This document shows, one piece after another, positions 1-12,340 of a DNA stretch of 64,000 nt. The stretch covers positions 124,001 through 188,000 of the forward strand of contig JALMLS010000228.1 in the NCBI GenBank assembly GCA_038496445.1. Reading direction: 5' to 3'. The notes under the pieces were generated by a model that did not search any database, was not told the origin of the DNA, and saw nothing but the letters and a program-made list of their open reading frames with translations. How positions within the stretch are numbered: position 1 is the first letter of the stretch; every line of letters begins with the position of its first letter. This DNA is from Trichosphaerium sp. ATCC 40318 (taxonomy: Eukaryota; Protista; Tubulinea). Position numbers and translations under genes: made by a program.

Positions 1-805
1 ACGTGGTCTTGATATCCAAAACGTAACACATGTTGTCAACTTCGATTTACCTTCAAACATTGATGACTACATTCATCGTATCGGCCGTACTGGACGTGCT
101 GGTAACAGAGGTTTGGCTACAGGATTCTACAGCACAAAGGATCGTAACCTCGCCAAAAAACTTGTCGCTGCTTTCGATGATGCCGGCAAGGAAGTCCCAG
201 ACTGGCTCAGAAAAGAAGGACAAATGAGATCATCCGGTGGTCGCAGAAATGGTCGTTACGGCGGTCGTCGTGGTGGTCGCCGCGGTGGCGGTGGTTACGG
301 CGGTGGTCGCAGCGGCGGTTACGGTGGCGGTTACGGCGGTGGCTATGGTGGCGGTCGCGGTGGCGGCGGTGGCTACGGTGGTGGTTATGGTGGTCGCGGT
401 GGTGGCGGCGGCTATGGCGGTAAGTACTAAAAAAGCTTTGCTACTGTTTACTTGTACGTCACATGGCTATACTTTATTTTATTATTGCATCTTAATTTTA
501 CTTAATGGCCATGCGTGTACAAACGATCCTCCTTGTCCTTTCTTTTTTTTTTTTCCTTCTTTTCCTTTTTTTCATCTTTTTTTTTCATCTTTTCGTTTTC
601 TTTTGTTTTTGTTGGATGTGAGTACTGATTTATTTTTTCAGGTGGTTATGGCGGTAGTTACGGTGGAGGTGGTTACGGTGGTGGATACAGTTCTACCCCT
701 GGACCAAGTGCACCTTCTAGTTATAACCCAAGTTACAGTTCTGGATCGCGTCAACAATATGGCGCTTCTCAGTCAGCATATAATCCATTGAAGCCTACTA
801 AATAA
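1..805 (+). CDS. DEAD-box RNA helicase, DDX3/Ded1 family, 3' end (5' part outside the window)
   Basis: Frame from nt 2 reads [43 protein letters not shown] (motifs V/VI), followed by an RGG/GGY tail. Intron 420-641 (GTAAGT...TTTCAG) joins a last exon ending NPLKPTK* at 805. Unspliced, the frame ends GKY* at 430. Confidence 0.9.
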
Positions 806-1445
806 TATGTGTTGTGTGGTATTCATGCTCGCTATTTGATGTATTCACGCTCTGGCGTCTTCATTTTGAAGCGTTGGATTTTTTGTAACCGTGACGAGAC
901 TATTTTTTTTTTAAATCTTGGCTTCGTCGTTTTGTATGTAAAAAGTGGAATAAAGTACTAATGTTCTCTATAAACTTGCAAGCATGTTGTTTATAATTTT
1001 AATTGTAATGTCCGTTATCTAAATCTTCAATGCAGTAAGCTAGTTTATTGACATTTTTTTTTGGACGTTGATTTTTTTATTTTGTCTGCTGACGCGTCGT
1101 TTTTGTTGTGTGGGTTATACAGGAGTGTTTGTTCTTTAATCCTTCACCTAATTTTATCAGCTGTTGATAAATATAGTTTTACTCGTTTATCACGTCACGT
1201 GATAATTATTTTTACGCCTTTTTGGCGCATTTTATTAGGCATTAGCATGGTCTCTTAGTTCCTGAAAATAACTCAGACCGAACTAGCGTCAACACTGTCT
1301 ACAGTGCTAGCTGCGCCTTTTACTGTCAAGATGGGATATTGTCCAGTCGCAAGTCGTAACTCTCGTGGTGAAGGCGTGCTTTTGAAGATTCAACAAAGAA
1401 TAAACTTGATTTTTTTCACAACTGTAAAAACAACGTGGAGATTAA

Positions 1446-2295
1446 ATGAAACACGGCGCTCTTAAAATAACAGGTTGCTCCATTGGTTTACTTTTGATTG
1501 GTTATTAACTCGTTTTGTTCTTTATTTAGTTGTACAAGGCATGAGCCTCACTGTAAAGGGTACAGTTGGTAGTAGCGATCCGTATGTGATACTCAGAGTT
1601 GGAAACAAAAAGGCTAGAACAAAAAAGGCTACCACTATCGTACGGGTCTAGTTCCTTTATTATACGTATACTCATACATCATAGAATCCAGTATGGAAAC
1701 AAACATTTATTTTCAAGTACGTTGGAAGAAGCAGTAAAAGTAGTTTTTAAATTTTTTATTAGCTAACTTTTTTTTTTGTAAAAAGTAAGATTACACCACG
1801 TGTTCGCGTATCTTGTGAGTGTTGGGATAAACATAGGATATTCGATAGATTTTTAGGTAAATTCACAATCCCTGTGGAGGATATGGAATTCGCTACGGCT
1901 GTGTTAGTTGATAAGTACGCATGAGGCTTTGCTTCTTTAACAATCTCCAAAAACTCCTCACAAAAATATTGTTTTGTTCAGGTGGTTTTTTTCGTCTTAT
2001 CACGTGTAGGCGTTATAAATTATCTGGATATAAAGCAAAAGATCGTGTTGGTGGGGAGATACAATTACAAATAGTTTTTGCGAGTGCAAAGGCGAATGGA
2101 ACAGATGATGATGGAACGCCATTGGCGGCGGATATAATAGAAAAAGAAGAAACAGAGACATCTCAAGGACATTCTGATTCTTTCAGTGCAGCAACTCCAG
2201 TGAATGCACCATCTCCTAGAGCTTCTAATACAATAGAAGATGAACCTACAGATAACCCTACACGTCCGCTACTTAATGTGTCCATGTTTAAGTAA
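1446..2295 (+). CDS. C2-domain protein (multi-exon; 3' end uncertain)
   Basis: Spliced exons give MKHGALKITVVQGMSL..SSDPYVILRVG..NPVWKQTFIF..CWDKHRIFDRFLGKFTIPV..GGEIQLQIVF, a C2 signature, then an S/T/P/E-rich tail. A possible donor near 2291 could extend it. Confidence 0.8.
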
Positions 2296-2810
2296 GTTTT
2301 TTGTAATTGTACTGTTTTTTTTGTTGAGAATTCAAGTTGTAATTATTGTAAATGTACACGTTTTCTTTTAAGCTTTCTCGATTTATTTGATCAACTTAAC
2401 AAAAGGGCTTGATTTTGATTTGTAAGGGGAAAGCAAGCTGAGCTTCATCACCTTAAAAACATATCTAACTTACATGTGTACCACTGGCTCAGCTTTGATT
2501 GATTATGCAAGTTCAATTACAGTTATCTTAACCCCATAGCTAGTCAAATTTCACTGGTACATATTGAAAAGATACAACATGGTGTTCGATTCTTAACACA
2601 TGAACATGCGTATGTCCTATAGACCACCATGAAATCGATTTTATTCATTGCTACTACATGTTGTAAGTTTATGAAGCGAGTGACAATCTATCATTAGCAC
2701 CAAAGCCTGTTGATACTTTAATCATTTCATTCGGGTGTTTTCGATCAATCAACAACTTACACAGTCAAAGCAGTTAAAACATCCAGAACTCGCCACGAAA
2801 TATATCAACC

Positions 2811-4180
2811 ATGACTTCATTAAGCGTTTCAGTTGACCAAGTGATCAGATATTATCGTGAGAACCATACAGAAGCGTTTGGAAAACTTACAAATGAAAAT
2901 AAAAAAACAGTTGTAAAACAAGTCGAAAGCGTTTTAAATCTCTCAAATACGCATCTCATACAACAAATAGACCAAATCCTTATCAAACAAACAGATACTA
3001 TCGCTTGCCCAACCAGTGACTGTCCAGGTACCGTTAATACTATGGAATACAAACAAACAACTGAGTACGTTAAGAATTATCAACACTTAACACGTTGACC
3101 AACCGACACAGAGAGAAAGCGGAACGCAAAAGCCAGCGAAATATTCTTGATTTTCCAGTAGAAGTGATCTCAAGTATTCTAAACAAAACATGCGCAAAGT
3201 CCAGATTCGCTGTGGCTCAGTCATGCCGTATGATGGCTGATATCATTCATGATATTGTTGGATATGAAAAGGTTTATGTTTCTTCAGTTGAAGATATTTT
3301 AAAGATCAGACAGTACAACGGCGTAAAGAATAATACTGTGATTGCATTGACTGGCACCAATACATTATTTTCATTATCGAAGGGATGTCGTAATATTGAT
3401 GCTTCCAGAAGGTATGCTATAAATGACGCTGATTTGAAAGCGATTTCTGGTAGTATCCATTCTATCAACCTCAGTAATTGTCAGGATATCAGTACTGAAG
3501 GTGTTAGAGCGCTAGCAGGTGTTCATACAGTTAACTTTACCAATTGTAGACAAGTGTTAAATGAAGGCATCAAAGCGTTGAAAGGTGTTCATAATATTAA
3601 TCTTATTGGCACTCGTGTTACAGATGAAGGGCTCAAGGCATTAGCAGGTGTTCACACCATTCTTCTTGATAATAGTTCAGTTACAGACAAAGGTTTAAAA
3701 GCATTGGTAGGTGTTCATACCATATTTCTAGATAGTACTCAAATTACAGATGAAGGTGTCAAAGCGTTAGCAGGTGTTCACACTATTTCACTACGCAGAA
3801 CTTCAGTGACAGATAAAGGTGTCAAGGCATTAAAAGGCGTTCATACCATTTATCTTAACAGAACAAGTGTCACTGATGAAGGAATCATAGCATTAGCAGG
3901 TGTTCACACTATTCATCTTGATGGTACTTCAGTTACAGACAAAGGTATAACAGCATTGGCAGGAGTTCATGCTATATCCCTTGACAATACTGCAGTTACA
4001 GATGATGGTATCAAAGCGCTTAAAGGTGTTCATACTTTAAGCATATATGCGTGTCCACATGTGACTTGCAAAGGTATAATAACACTGAAAGATGCTCATA
4101 CTATTTATCTCAGTAGTAATACAGATACAAATGAAATTATAAAATCATTACCAGGTGTTAGAATATGGCACCTTGAATAA
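2811..4180 (+). CDS. F-box + short (21-22 aa) leucine-rich repeat protein, copy 1
   Basis: ORFs 2811-3098 and 3095-4180 join in frame through intron 3065-3111 (GTACGT...CACAG). F-box-like ILDFPVEVISSIL...VAQSCRMM, then about 11 ALAGVHTIxLxxTxVTDEGxK repeats. Confidence 0.85.
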
Positions 4181-4484
4181 GTATGTGGTTTATGTTTTGA
4201 GTTTATTACACTGAACGTTGTTTGCTGGTTTTGGCTGTATCTCTGGTGACCTTACAGTAAGATGGATACCAAGACAAGAAAAAGTCAGTTATAGTGTTGA
4301 TGTTGAAAACCATGAAAAATAAAGAAAACAGCTGTGAAAACACGTTTTCATGACAACTTTTTCTAGAGTAGCTGAACAACAAAAAATTAGGTGATTCAAT
4401 TTTTATCACGTGAAAAAAGGCAATCACATCGAATTTCATTCACGAAGGTCAAACAAAGTACTAGAGCTACAATTTTAAGCTCAA

Positions 4485-5828
4485 ATGGATAGACACACAG
4501 CGTTCTTTAATGAAATACCTGTCGAACTAATCGTTCTTGTTTTACAGTTTGTTTCTTCGCTATCTATGAAATCTATAGTGCGTACGTCCAAATTATTATC
4601 TAAAATAGCAGTAATACACCTTGGATACGAGAACAAAAGAGATGTAGTCATTAAAACGACAAAACGGCTTATTGCGATATTCAACAACGCTCCTAACCTT
4701 ATTATCAACAATAAGATAATTATTAAATGCCCTTTCAAACAAAAACACTTAAAGTACTTGAAAGGAGTAGTTGACTTAACATTTGAGGATATTAAGATAG
4801 CATCAGCTATTGACTTTACAAAGCTGAAGACAAGTCTTAAAAGTATTAGATTTATTGATTGTTACTATGTTAATGACAAGCATCTAAAGCAACTCTCAGG
4901 TGTACATACAATTAGTGTGGCCACTACGTCATTTGAAGTGTTAAAAGTGACAAGTAAAGGGATCAAAGCATTGGCTGGTTCTCATACGATTGACTTAAGT
5001 GGGTGTAATGTACTTTCAGACAACGACCTTGAGGCATTGGCTGGTGTTCATACTATTAATCTCAACGATACACAAGTGACTGATGAAGGTATTAAACTAC
5101 TTGCTGGAGTTCATTCGATTAGCCTTAATCGTACAATTGTTGCAGACAAAGGTGTCAAGGCATTGGCTGGCGTACATACTATAAGCTTAGTTCAGTGTAG
5201 ACAAATCACAGATGAGGGCATTAAAGCATTGGTTGGTGTTCACACAATCTATCTGGCTTGTACTGTTGTGACTGACAATGCACTTAAACACCTCACCGGT
5301 GTGCATAAGATAGATTTAACAGGATGTGAAAGAATTACAGATAGCGGCATAAAAGTGTTGGCTGGTGTCCACAAGATTGATTTGTCCTATACATCTGTAA
5401 CAGATGAAGGTATTAAGGCATTGGCTGGTGTTCATACTATTGATCTTTCACATACGAAAGTGACTGACAAAGGTGTAAAAGCGCTGGTTGGTGTGAAGAA
5501 GATAAGTTTGAGTTATACAGATGTTACAGATGAAGGTGTTAAGGCTCTGACCGGTGTTCATACTATTTTTGTGTCTGGATGTGCTCACGTGACAAATGAA
5601 GGTTTTAAAGCATTGGACGGTGTGAACACTATAAGCATAAAAAAAAGCGGTGTTACTATATATGTGATCCAGGCTCTTGAAAGTATAGAAAATGTTGTTG
5701 TTTATGATGCTATAGTGGCAACAGCAATAGAAAAACTATTTCCGCACATTAGAAGTATCAAGCCATTTATGTTGATGTCAGAGGAGAACCCAAAGAGATT
5801 CCCTCCCAAATTGAGCCCTGTGAACTGA
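4485..5828 (+). CDS. F-box + short LRR protein, copy 2 (intronless)
   Basis: 447-aa ORF. N-terminal FNEIPVELIVLVLQFV F-box-like motif, then about 12 LAGVHTIxLxxTxVTDEG repeats. Confidence 0.9.
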   Translation: MDRHTAFFNEIPVELIVLVLQFVSSLSMKSIVRTSKLLSKIAVIHLGYENKRDVVIKTTKRLIAIFNNAPNLIINNKIIIKCPFKQKHLKYLKGVVDLTFEDIKIASAIDFTKLKTSLKSIRFIDCYYVNDKHLKQLSGVHTISVATTSFEVLKVTSKGIKALAGSHTIDLSGCNVLSDNDLEALAGVHTINLNDTQVTDEGIKLLAGVHSISLNRTIVADKGVKALAGVHTISLVQCRQITDEGIKALVGVHTIYLACTVVTDNALKHLTGVHKIDLTGCERITDSGIKVLAGVHKIDLSYTSVTDEGIKALAGVHTIDLSHTKVTDKGVKALVGVKKISLSYTDVTDEGVKALTGVHTIFVSGCAHVTNEGFKALDGVNTISIKKSGVTIYVIQALESIENVVVYDAIVATAIEKLFPHIRSIKPFMLMSEENPKRFPPKLSPVN

Positions 5829-6246
5829 CACAGCAACGCAATAAATTACTTTTAGATCGATGCTATTTGTGTTAATCTGTTCTACTTTACGCCAAGTCTA
5901 CAAATTTGTATGTATTGTAGCATGGTATAAAAACTATTTTCAGTAACTAAAACACGCCAGATGTCATCGTATAGGTGGCTCTTCTTGTTCCCTGATTTGT
6001 TGCAACAACTATCACACTTTTTGATTCAAGCATTGGTATCTCACATGAAAAGATGTACAATTTTTGTAGTGATCTCTGAGGAGTACAATGATTGGTATGT
6101 TGACGTACTATCAACAAACACAAACCAAAACTGTCCTTTTGCTAAAATCGAAAAGCAATTTGTGTCGATGTTTTCACATGATAAAAATAACAGTGTTTAT
6201 AAAGTTGTAAAGTAAGAAACTGAAGCTCGTTATTTATTCGAGGTTC

Positions 6247-7218
6247 CTAACCTACAGCAGAAACGCTTTGGTTTGTATTATCCCCTTGTGATGACATTGG
6301 TTCTGTAGCGGTTGTTTGGGTTGATGCCTGTCCTATCATCTTGTTTACAAACGCCTCTACAGCAAAAAACCCCGTTAGTTTGAATATTTCACCGTTGAAA
6401 ATAGGCTATCACGTGATAGAGAAAAACAACTACAAACAAACACGTACGTCGCATGTTGCTTTGTTGACTCTTATGGTCATGTAATAAATAAAATAAAGTA
6501 ATAAGCATAACTAGAACTATAATACCAATAACAAGACATAGCAATAAAATCCATACCTAAAAAAAACTATTAGAAAAAAAGCAACACACCTCCGAGAAAG
6601 CAAACAGTAACATCTGGACAATCCCAAAAGTGTGAAGCCAATTATGGATTTTTTCAGTATCTCTGGAGAAAGGAAACTCGTACTTTTGATTGGGGTGGGT
6701 TTTCTTTGTCTGTTCCTATTATTAGATTGTACTTATCGATTAGTACGTCACATGATTCTAACGTAGGTGTGTATGCCACAGCATCAACCCAAACCTGTTT
6801 CATACATACGGTGAGCGTTGCTTTAAATGGAATTTTTTTTGCGTCGTACAACATTACAAGTATCAGTTGTATTAACAATAAACTGCTGACTTATTTGTGG
6901 TGAACAAGATTCAACATTTACCTCTCCTTATTAGATTATGGATGTGCTATTAAATGACTTACTATCGCAATAATACTTATGCTACCGTTGCAAGAAATAG
7001 ATAGAGACCCTGTCAGTTCGAATGGTATTGTTACATTGGGCACGTTAACTAAATTTGTAAGTATTTGTTTCAAAAAAGTGTAACCTCATTACTTTCGCAG
7101 TGAATTTGCTTGCTGATTGTTTCGATAAGATAGTAAGAACCTCCAAAAGTTACTCTACAGTCGTTATCTTCTGTTGAATCGACAGATTCTGTATTTCTTT
7201 TATATTGTATCGCGCCAT
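6247..7218 (-). CDS. Hypothetical single-pass membrane protein (multi-exon)
   Basis: Minus-strand exons bounded by GT-AG. Start MARYNIKRNTES; hydrophobic exon VWILLLCLVIGIIVLVMLITLFYLL near 6480-6557; end SVSAVG*. Confidence 0.45.
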
Positions 7219-7961
7219 CAGCTTTTAAAAAAAACAAACAAAACACGAATAAAATTAATATCCTAAAACCTCCCTTGTTACATAATAGTTTATCACGTGA
7301 GATAGAACGTACCCTTTTTTCGTTAAATAATTTATAGATCTACTTTTTGGGCTGTAGCCGATTTTAAACGTCATACCCGTAATTACAAGTTGTTTACAGT
7401 ATTCTCCAAACTGCGGAATAATTGAATTTGTGTTTAACTTAACAAGTCCGCTTTAAGGCGACATAGAAACCAAAACTTTCCATAATATGATATTTAATCA
7501 CGTGTTTCTAAAAGTGTCAAGACCGACACTCAACACAACAACTTAAATCGTGCTAACAATTTGCCCGCTCTGTCAAAAAAATAACTTAAAAAAAAAAAGC
7601 TCTCGAAAATTACTGCGACTTTGTGAACCGAGACCAAATCGAAGTAAACTCTAACCTCTCCAATGCGTAAAAGTAACAACTGTGCTTACTAGTAATCATT
7701 GTGGCGTACTCATTGTCGAAAAAAAAGATCGACAATTTTCATTTCTTTTGAGCGCATTAAAAAACAACTTTTGTGGATACCACAGACGGGCTAGGTCGCA
7801 TGTTAAGGACCAAAATGCGAAACAGCTCTCCTGTGAATGTCTGTACGCTCATCATTACTCAGCAGGCATGCATGAAATAAAGTATTTATTGTTTTTTCTT
7901 ATTGGTTTTCGATTAGCATCTGTACCCAAGTGATGACCTTCAAACAATGACTACACAATGT

Positions 7962-8520
7962 TTATAGCTGAGGCTTGCTAAAGAGCATACAATCAGAAGG
8001 TATAAAGACTAAGAGTTTATGGAAAAGTACGTACTTGATTGTTTTGTTTCCATCCCTTTTTGCAAGCTGGTAAGTTGACTTGCACGTATCCCATAACACC
8101 AACAACAAGTGTATTCTTTGCTGTATCGTATGTAATGTCAATTGCATCAGGTCCAACTCCATTATTTAAAAGAATCTTGTTTACGCAATCAGTTGGGTCT
8201 TGTATGTTTGGAAATGAGAGTGTGGTAGTCGAAGGGTCGTATTTTATCTAATTTCCTTGTTAGTCATCTAGTTTACTGTACTATGCTGTAATATGGTGTT
8301 TTATGCGTTCTAAAATGTTATAAAGTGCATTGCGTACTGGTTCGTGTTTACAAGCTACTTTCGCTGAGAAAACTGAAGCGTTTAGGCTCATAAAAGCGCC
8401 ATGTACTACAGTTAAACGAACGCTGGCTATTCCTGCCAAAGAACCACAATAAGAACCATGTGGCACAGCTGCAAATAGCGCACAAGCTATGAACATCGAT
8501 AAAACGATAAAAATACGCAT
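7962..8520 (-). CDS. Small secreted protein
   Basis: Signal-like MRIFIVLSMFIACALFA, then VPHGSYCGSLAG..ACKHEP|IKYDP..TDCVNKILL..DITYD. The final exon is uncertain. Confidence 0.55.
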
Positions 8521-8776
8521 AGTAGTTGCTTGTAGGTATGAGAAAAATGAAAAAACTTGGCGAGTTTGCAATACCAGAAAAAGTTAGAGACATTTCAACT
8601 TCTTTCCTAAAACAGGTTTCCTTAAGGATTTTATCCTTAAACATTGCGTAAAACAGTAACCCACAGTCTTTATTACCTTCATACAGAGTATTTCGAAAGG
8701 AATTGGCGCAACCAAAGCCAAGAAATTTAAAACGAGGAGTTTGTTCGCTTTCAAAAAGTTTGATTTTTTTTTATTC

Positions 8777-11112
8777 TTACCAAGGAGATTGAGTACTTGT
8801 TATTGGACACCATCGTTCCCATGAGAGTTTTTGAGTATCTGTACATTCTGTTGGTAACTTAAACTTTTCTGAGACCAAGTTTAGAACTTTTTTAATCACG
8901 TGGTCGTTGTTAGTTTTGAGAAGTATTTCAAAAGCGTAAGCAGCAGTGTATCTGTTTTTATCATTCAACGCATTCATTATCGCCTCTGACTTTTCTACCA
9001 GTTTTAATACACGTTCTCCATTTTCGCATAATTGCAGTATTGAATAGCAAGCACAAGTACGTAATGTATCATCAGGTTGACTTGAAAGAAGACTTTCCAA
9101 AAAACCAAAACTTTCTTCTAAAATACTACCTCCAAAGTAGCCCAGTCCTTCAACGGCAACAGTGCGAATAGAAAGGGTATGATTTCCAGCTGCTACTTGT
9201 AGAAACATGTGCGCACATTTTACGCAAGCATCCATAGGCAGTGTACTTGGGCTAACAAGCGTGCAAGCTAGCAAAGCGCAGAACAAGCCCTCAGAAGGTG
9301 TACCACGTACTTTAGAAAGTTCATGATCAAAGTCATCTTCTGTACATGGAGAAGCGCAAAAACGAGTTTTATCATCGCTTGGGACGAAGCACTCGTGCTC
9401 TGTTATAAACGAAAGCATATTGTTGAGTGTTTTTTCGGAAATACTAGAAATTGATCCATTCCCATCATCTAAGGAGCATGCCAAAGCAAGACCTAAAAAA
9501 GGATTATTCACGAATAAGAGGTAGCAGAGACTTTCTTGTAACTCACCGTATAGAGTTGTTCTGCGATACTTTGTACTGGTAGTCTTCAGAGACGCTAGAA
9601 GAGACGCATGTGCTTCTTCAGATTCCATTGAACCTAGAGTGCAAGAGGCATAAAGCCTCTCGTTCTCGTTTGCGCTGTTAAGTTTGCTGCTTAATCCGGA
9701 AATATCTTCTTGAATAGGAACTGCAGGTCCTCGTTTCCCAAGCATCCAACACCACATCGCCTTTAATATAGTTGCCCTGTCTCTAATAAACTGGTCTTTA
9801 AATGCTTTTAAAGCACCATCATTAATAATAGATTGACACCTGATACAAGGTAAGTTATTTGTGGCCAAACCAAAAAAATAAAAACTTTAAACGTACTTTG
9901 ATTTCAGAGCTTGTTTGAGTTCCTTAATACATGTCAAGTTATCTGTGTTTATAGGTTTCATTGCAGATTTAAGAAGATATCCTACGAGTCTGTTTGAATG
10001 TGATGCATTTCTTAAGTCATAATCATTGTCTTTAACCCCTCGGATAAGTAATTCTGAATCAACACTATCAACAGCATCCGAAATAATTTTCTTTTCGTTT
10101 TCAGGAAGTTCTTCCAAAACAGGCGGTTTAGGGACTTTCTGGAAAGGCCTTAACCCTTTCATCCAATCAAAGGTATCTCCAAAGTTCGATTGATTCTCTG
10201 GACACCATATATCGCTTCCAGAATGGTTCCACGAAGGTATAGACGAAGGTGCTTCAGTTCGGAAAAATTGAAATTTGAACATCCAACGAACTTGATTCTT
10301 CGTCTTGTTCGTATTTGCACGGTGCCATATATCGTAATGTATAATCACAACAGTCCCTGCTTTACAATTTAGAGCTACTTCAGAAGTACACCAATGAGAA
10401 TGAACGCTCCTAGTCTTCTTGTTCTTCCTAAACGAAAAACTTAAAACAACATCACTTGTTTAAGGCATACACATCACCAGGCTCTTTATAGTCTCCTCTA
10501 AAGTACTGAGTACCAGGAAGTAACGCTGTAGGACCCATTTGAAGAGTTGTATCTTGAGGATAGTACCTACAAATCGTAAAAAATAGATAGTTTCAAACCG
10601 CCATGCTTTTTGATAAAATTATACGAAAAAAAGCGTACATTGCCATCAACCACCATGGACGGTGTAAACATCTGTATTGTCTTCCTTTATACGTGTCCTT
10701 GTGCCAATGTTGAGTCTACAAATTGTGTTAGTTTTCTGTTAATGTTCTGGTTTGCGAAGTGACGTTACAAACTTACCTTTCGCCCAGGTAATGCTTCGTG
10801 AGCTCGTCTGTGTGCGTGTAGCATATAATTTTTGCCTTTTTTAAACTTAGCTTGTCAAATAACGATCAAACGCGAGCTGTTACCTAGAAGGGACTCTAAG
10901 GCACCATGAACTTCGGGAGATTTGTATATTTGGTCTAGTCCAGCGACACTTGGGTATATATTGTTTCCAGGGTCTCCATGTTCTTTAAAAAGCGTATTTG
11001 ACGCGTCGAATATAGCTTTATGCGTTTCTGCTGGTATTTTAGGTTGTATTACCAGATAACCGTTAATAAGGAATTTCTGGATATCTTCATCGCTTAGGAG
11101 GTGCGTTTCCAT
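8777..11112 (-). CDS. Phytanoyl-CoA dioxygenase (PhyH)-like Fe(II)/2OG enzyme with C-terminal HEAT-like helical region
   Basis: LLSDEDIQKFLINGYLVI at the N-terminus. Metal triad WHKD...IWHR. YYPQDTTLQMGPTALLPG and KAGTVVIIHYDIWHR motifs. HEAT-like tail (AVEGLG, ALNDKNRYTAAYA) ending RWCPITSTQSPW*. Confidence 0.8.
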
Positions 11113-11353
11113 AGTTTTAAACTGTTTCTCTTCATCAAAACGTCAGTCAAACAATTTAACTTTAAAGGAACGGTTCTGAAAGCAGAGAGACGTTTACTGT
11201 CTTTAAATGTCCACACAAACGCCTGAATATTGCTAATAAGGATGCAGTTACTATTATTATAGAACCAAGATTCCCACGTGACAGCTAGTAACTGAACACG
11301 GTGAGTTTATAGTCAAACTATTTCTTCATTATCTCATTTTGTCATTCACTCAC

Positions 11354-11884
11354 ATGTCGACACCCTCTCTAACAAATCTTGGCTTTGATATAGCATATAT
11401 AATTGCTAGTATATGTGATGTAGAAACAATGCTGATAATTAGTCAAGTATCATCGTTATTTTGCTCTTGCGTATCAAAAAGAAGAAAAACAGTGTTAGAA
11501 GCAGTTTCTAGTTATGTTAATATTGAGCTTTATGAATTTGATTCATTCAGATCTGCTGCATGGCATGATTGGATATTGTTGCGTGGTGATAGGACATTCA
11601 AATATCAACACAGAAATGTGGCTCCTGGAAGACATATCTGTGTATATGCAACAGGAACATGGACAATTGTTGAAGCTGGTACAGGATTTATGATTGAACT
11701 TGATGGTGCACAAAGATCTAGAGTGTTCATAATTGAATACACAAATCGTAGTAACAACATTAAACCACAAGATATGTCCCGAGTAGAAAGGTTCCATAAA
11801 AAAGTGACACTAACAAAATTAAAGTATTATCAGCCTCTTTCAAAAAATTGCCGTTTTGAGTTTGAAGATGTACCAATTGTATAA
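11354..11884 (+). CDS. Intronless hypothetical protein with F-box-like N-terminus
   Basis: LTNLGFDIAYIIASICDVETMLIISQVSSLF resembles an F-box. The C-terminal part is beta-rich (YATGTW). Confidence 0.55.
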   Translation: MSTPSLTNLGFDIAYIIASICDVETMLIISQVSSLFCSCVSKRRKTVLEAVSSYVNIELYEFDSFRSAAWHDWILLRGDRTFKYQHRNVAPGRHICVYATGTWTIVEAGTGFMIELDGAQRSRVFIIEYTNRSNNIKPQDMSRVERFHKKVTLTKLKYYQPLSKNCRFEFEDVPIV

Positions 11885-12340
11885 TAAATACACAGTAGTA
11901 GAGTGTTTCATAACATAGCGCACTTGTACAACCAAATACTAAGCAGGTAGACTATGTTATGGGGAATGTTCATACAAAATCGGAGGTGCTACTGTTTTTG
12001 AAGCTAGAAAACAAGAGTAACAGTATACGTACAGTCTCTACTAAGGAGTGAGCATTACAAGAACGGTGATATGCTTAGTACTATTCGAACTGTAAAGACA
12101 CAGCTTGCATTATTCGCGGATGAACATCGCAACAACTTAACAGATCGCATAATCTTGTATTGTTTGACAATCGCAAAGGTTAATCACAGTGAGTGATTTG
12201 ATACCACTGAACCCGTTATTTTTCTTAGCGGGATAGTCGGTCCCGATAACTAAATGGCTACCTCCAAGGGAGTTGGCCCACCGCTAGTTGTGTTCCAAAT
12301 AGACGTCAATGAGCTTCTTGTGGCTAATAGATTTGACACA

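Noticed and set aside
237-791. 184-aa Val/Ala-rich ORF
   Set aside because: Off-frame shadow of the Gly-rich helicase tail and its intron.
2584-2593. GTTCGATTC B-box-like motif (similar GTTCGAACTC near 18126) upstream of LRR genes
   Set aside because: No A-box or tRNA cloverleaf could be built, and the motif is absent before the other copies.
3500-5620. Regular ~63-66-nt repeats with variable interiors, superficially CRISPR-like
   Set aside because: They are in-frame coding LRR units with synonymous variation, in a eukaryote with no cas genes nearby.
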